A stretch of DNA of 64,000 nt from positions 1,056,001 to 1,120,000 of the forward strand of contig CAVTMK010000002.1 in assembly GCA_963735805.1 (NCBI GenBank). The letters are read 5' to 3'. Below are positions 60,434-64,000 of the stretch, one piece after another. Source of the stretch: an uncultured Verrucomicrobiae bacterium. GTDB taxonomy: Bacteria > Verrucomicrobiota > Verrucomicrobiia > Chthoniobacterales > UBA10450. The translations under genes and the position numbers were made by a program. The notes beneath the pieces are model-generated. The model had not been told where the DNA came from and did no database searches. It was given only the letters and a program-made list of their open reading frames with translations. Numbering within the stretch: the first letter of the stretch is position 1; every line of letters begins with the position of its first letter.

Positions 60434-61063
60434 AAAGGACGAGATGCGTTTAGGAATACTGCAATGATTCTGGGGTGGCAAGGTAGCCGATCCAAACCGC
60501 TTTTTGCGTTTTTCCTTCTTCTTATGTTTGTCTACGGGTTTCTTGGGAGTCCCCGCGGGGGTCGGCGTCGGAGTCGCACCTTCCGGCGTAGGCGTAGGCC
60601 GCACGCGCGGCTGATCCAGCAACACCTGGTGAGACGCTTTCAATGCTTGTAACGCCAGCTTGATTTCCGGGGTGCTAGCCAGGGCGGACATACGCTCGTA
60701 ATAGATGTTGTAGTAATTGCGAAGTCGATTTCGCTTTTCCAGATCAGTCCGTGCAGTCTGCGCGTATGCCTTGGCTGCCCGTACCGCTGGATCATTTACC
60801 GTCCGGTTTTTTAGCTGGCGCCATTGGATATGCAGGCGGGCCAGATCGGCCTCCGGTCCAAGCGACCTCGGCTTTGAAAAATTCTGGTCAAGCTGAGATA
60901 TCTCAGGCAACTCGGGGCCGTTAGGGGGTTCGAGTGAGGGAGTCGGTTCGAGCTGGGGCTGCCCTTCATATAAATCGACAGACGGAGGAGCGGCGTCCTG
61001 TCCATGTAGGTTTAGCAAAGCAGCGGCCAACGCTGCTGAGATAATCAACCCGAATAGTTTCAT
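60419..61063 (-). CDS. Hypothetical exported protein
   Basis: Signal peptide, helical core, PT/Lys tail; 3' end overlaps the tRNA-Glu 5' end by 15 nt. Confidence 0.65.
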   Translation of the reverse strand: MKLFGLIISAALAAALLNLHGQDAAPPSVDLYEGQPQLEPTPSLEPPNGPELPEISQLDQNFSKPRSLGPEADLARLHIQWRQLKNRTVNDPAVRAAKAYAQTARTDLEKRNRLRNYYNIYYERMSALASTPEIKLALQALKASHQVLLDQPRVRPTPTPEGATPTPTPAGTPKKPVDKHKKKEKRKKRFGSATLPPQNHCSIPKRISSFGAFV

Positions 61064-61107
61064 TCCCGACTTTGCCGAAGTGTAACGAACCATCACGATG
61101 AGTTCAT

Positions 61108-61182
<75 letters not shown>

Positions 61183-61240
61183 AATCGAGCGAGACTATTA
61201 TCACGATTCCGCAGGTTGCGCATCCGCAGGCTTGAATGCA

Positions 61241-63919
61241 TCAGACGTTATAGTCCAAATTAGGGGCGAGCCGTTTTTCCACAGCAGGCACCGATTCCCG
61301 GCGGCGGGTTGCATAATCCACAATTTGATCGTGTCCGATCTGGCCTACTCCAAAGTATTTTGCCTCCGGATGCGAGAAGTAAAGTCCACTCACACTTGCC
61401 CCTGGATTCATCGCAAACGATTCCGTCAGTGTAACGCAGGCATTATTCTCAGCATCGAGCAAATCGAATAGCGTCCGCTTCTCTGCATGATCGGGGCACG
61501 CGGGATAACCGGCGGCCGGCCGAATGCCGCGATACTTTTCACGGATAAGATCGGCCTGCGACAATTGTTCTTCGCGTCCGAATCCCCACGCAATCCGCGT
61601 TTGTTGGTGCAAATATTCAGCAAACGCCTCAGCTAATCGATCCGCCAGCGCCTTTGTCATGATGGCGCTGTAGTCGTCATGCTGTCGCTTGAATTCTTCC
61701 GCGAGCTCGTCTGCACCATGAATTGAGACCGCAAATCCTCCAAGGTAATCGTCGAATCTCGAATCGGCTTGCGGAGCAACGTAATCTGCGAGGCAATGAT
61801 TTGTTTGGCTGGTTGGCTTCTTCATTTGCTGGCGGAGGAAATAAAATGTCGCGATCTTCTTCGTTCGATCGTCATCAGCATAAAGATCCACATCATCTCC
61901 AACTGAGTTTGCCCGCCAAAATGCGTGAACACCGCGTGCGATCAGCAGATCTTTTGCAATGATCCGGTCCATAAGTTCCTGCGCATCGGCGAAAAGTTCG
62001 CGCGCTTGCTTGCCAAACTTTGGATCTTCGAAGATTCCCGGATAACGCCCGCGCAATTCCCAGGCGTGAAAAAACGGCGACCAATCGATGTACTCTGCCA
62101 GCGTTCGGATCGAAACGGTCCCTAAATCGCTTGCGTGGGCCCGTACTCCCAGGAATTCCGGTTTCGGTGGACGATAGCTGCTCCAATCAATGGGCGTCCG
62201 ATTGGCACGGGCTTCTTCGAGCGCCAGGACCTTTTTCTTTTGAGTCCTGGCAGCATGGTCCTCGCGCAAGCGCGCGTAGTCTTCCCGTGTTTTTGCGTCA
62301 AATTCCGTCCTGGAATTTTCATTCAGCAGCGAATTGACAACACCGACTGCGCGCGACGCGTCCAGAACGTGCACGGTACTGGCCCGATAATGGGGAGCGA
62401 TTTTCACCGCGGTATGCGCCCGGCTCGTTGTCGCTCCGCCAATCAAAAGCGGCAAACGAAATCCTTCGCGCTCCATTTCCTGCGCTACGTGGACCATTTC
62501 GTCCAGTGATGGCGTAATCAGACCGCTTAGGCCGATCACATCCGCTTGTTTTTCTCGCGCTGTTTCCAAAATCTTAGCGGCCGGCACCATCACGCCAAGG
62601 TCCAGGACCTCGTAGTTGTTACATTGCAGCACGACACCGACGATGTTTTTGCCGATGTCGTGCACGTCGCCTTTCACCGTCGCCATCACGATGCGTCCCT
62701 GCGGTTTCGCACCAGCAGACTTCTCCGCTTCCATGAACGGCATCAGATAAGCCACCGCTTTCTTCATGACCCGCGCGCTCTTTACCACCTGTGGTAGGAA
62801 CATTTTGCCGGAGCCGAATAAGTCCCCAACCACGCTCATCCCAGCCATGAGCGGACCCTCTATGACATCGAGCGGGCGCTTGCATTTTTGACGCGCTTCT
62901 TCGGTATCGACGTCGATGTGATCGACAATGCCTTTTACCAACGCGTGTTTCAGACGCTCCTCGACAGGCTCTTTTCGCCATGCTTTGTCAGCAACCGGAG
63001 CTTTATTTTTGGTTTTGACGTTTTCTGCAAAATCGACCAACCGTTCGGTCGCATCGTCTCGCCGGTTCAGCAGCACGTCTTCTACGCGTTCTCGTAACTC
63101 AGGGTCAATTTCTTCGTAAACCGCTAGCTGTCCTGCGTTAACAATTCCCATATCCAGGCCTGCACGAATTGCGTGAAACAGAAACGCGGCGTGCATCGCT
63201 TCGCGCACCGTATTGTTTCCGCGAAATGAAAAGGAAATATTGCTTATCCCGCCGCTCACGCGCGTACCCGGAAGATTCTTTTTAATCCAGCGCGTCGCTT
63301 CAATAAAATCGACCGCGTAATTGCGGTGTTCTTCCAGACCTGTAGCGACCGTCAGAATGTTTGGATCAAAGATAATGTCACTCGCTGGGAAATCTGCCCG
63401 CCTGGTCAGGAGCTCGTAAGCCCGTGCACAAATCTCGATTTTGCGCTGGAAATTATCCGCCTGACCCTGTTCATCGAATGCCATGACAATTGCAGCGGCG
63501 CCGTATCGCCTAATTAACCGGGCTTGCTGGAGGAAATCTTCTTCTCCATTTTTCAGGCTGATAGAATTCACCATCGCTTTTCCCTGCAAGCACTTGAGCC
63601 CCGCTTCAATGACGCTCCACTTCGAGCTGTCGATCACGACTGGAATCCGCGTGATCTCGGGTTCGCTTCCGATCAGATTCAAGAAGCGGACCATCGCCGC
63701 CTCCGAGTCGATCATCCCTTCGTCCATGTTCACGTCGAGAAGGTTCGCGCCGCCCTGCACTTGCTGACGAGCCACGACGAGTGCGCCGTCAAAATCGCCC
63801 GCAAGAATCAGTTTCGAAAACTTCGGTGAACCTGTGATGTTGGTGCGCTCACCGATGACGACGAAGCCGAACTCCGGCGTTATGTTCAACGGTTCGAGCC
63901 CGGAAAGTCGCAGAATCAT
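61241..63919 (-). CDS. metH: Cobalamin-dependent methionine synthase: pterin-binding, B12-binding and activation domains
   Basis: [35 protein letters not shown]. Confidence 0.95.
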   Translation of the reverse strand: MILRLSGLEPLNITPEFGFVVIGERTNITGSPKFSKLILAGDFDGALVVARQQVQGGANLLDVNMDEGMIDSEAAMVRFLNLIGSEPEITRIPVVIDSSKWSVIEAGLKCLQGKAMVNSISLKNGEEDFLQQARLIRRYGAAAIVMAFDEQGQADNFQRKIEICARAYELLTRRADFPASDIIFDPNILTVATGLEEHRNYAVDFIEATRWIKKNLPGTRVSGGISNISFSFRGNNTVREAMHAAFLFHAIRAGLDMGIVNAGQLAVYEEIDPELRERVEDVLLNRRDDATERLVDFAENVKTKNKAPVADKAWRKEPVEERLKHALVKGIVDHIDVDTEEARQKCKRPLDVIEGPLMAGMSVVGDLFGSGKMFLPQVVKSARVMKKAVAYLMPFMEAEKSAGAKPQGRIVMATVKGDVHDIGKNIVGVVLQCNNYEVLDLGVMVPAAKILETAREKQADVIGLSGLITPSLDEMVHVAQEMEREGFRLPLLIGGATTSRAHTAVKIAPHYRASTVHVLDASRAVGVVNSLLNENSRTEFDAKTREDYARLREDHAARTQKKKVLALEEARANRTPIDWSSYRPPKPEFLGVRAHASDLGTVSIRTLAEYIDWSPFFHAWELRGRYPGIFEDPKFGKQARELFADAQELMDRIIAKDLLIARGVHAFWRANSVGDDVDLYADDDRTKKIATFYFLRQQMKKPTSQTNHCLADYVAPQADSRFDDYLGGFAVSIHGADELAEEFKRQHDDYSAIMTKALADRLAEAFAEYLHQQTRIAWGFGREEQLSQADLIREKYRGIRPAAGYPACPDHAEKRTLFDLLDAENNACVTLTESFAMNPGASVSGLYFSHPEAKYFGVGQIGHDQIVDYATRRRESVPAVEKRLAPNLDYNV

Positions 63920-64000
63920 GCGTAGCTGACTGTCCTATTCACGACGCGCGGCGAAAATTCCCGAACCAGTTTTGCCAGCGCACGAATGTGATCCGGCGTT
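63916..64000 (-). CDS. C-terminus of a separate homocysteine S-methyltransferase domain gene
   Basis: [27 protein letters not shown]; its stop overlaps the metH ATG (ATGA). Confidence 0.75.
   Translation of the reverse strand, partial: TPDHIRALAKLVREFSPRVVNRTVSYA

Overview
Bacterial chromosomal segment, about 55% GC by eye. Gene content and style suggest a soil Verrucomicrobiota (Chthoniobacterales/'Ca. Udaeobacter'-like); this is inference. The backbone holds a kynurenine-catabolism cluster (kynU, RidA deaminase, semialdehyde dehydrogenase), moeA, MarR-TolC, pgeF, lpxA, radC, a polyprenyl synthase, pyrF, ispE, uvrB, nnrDE, lysS, ruvA, a split metH and four tRNAs (Ser-GCT, Ser-TGA, Glu-CTC, Pro-TGG). 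Main observations: (1) an integrase-less integron cassette array of three cassettes and three attC sites (10915-12547), whose last crossover site contains the lpxA stop codon; (2) an AhpD/CMD-like gene split by an in-frame TGA in a CxxU motif and followed by a SECIS-like hairpin, a probable selenoprotein (35832-36407); (3) several families of small palindromic or short-period repeats that fill intergenic gaps, sit in-frame inside genes (lipoate ligase-like, uvrB, ATP-grasp-like, ArnT-like) and appear to supply start or stop codons; (4) decayed tRNA-anchored islands with small ORFs bracketed by direct repeats. No database searches were run; family calls rest on recognised motifs.
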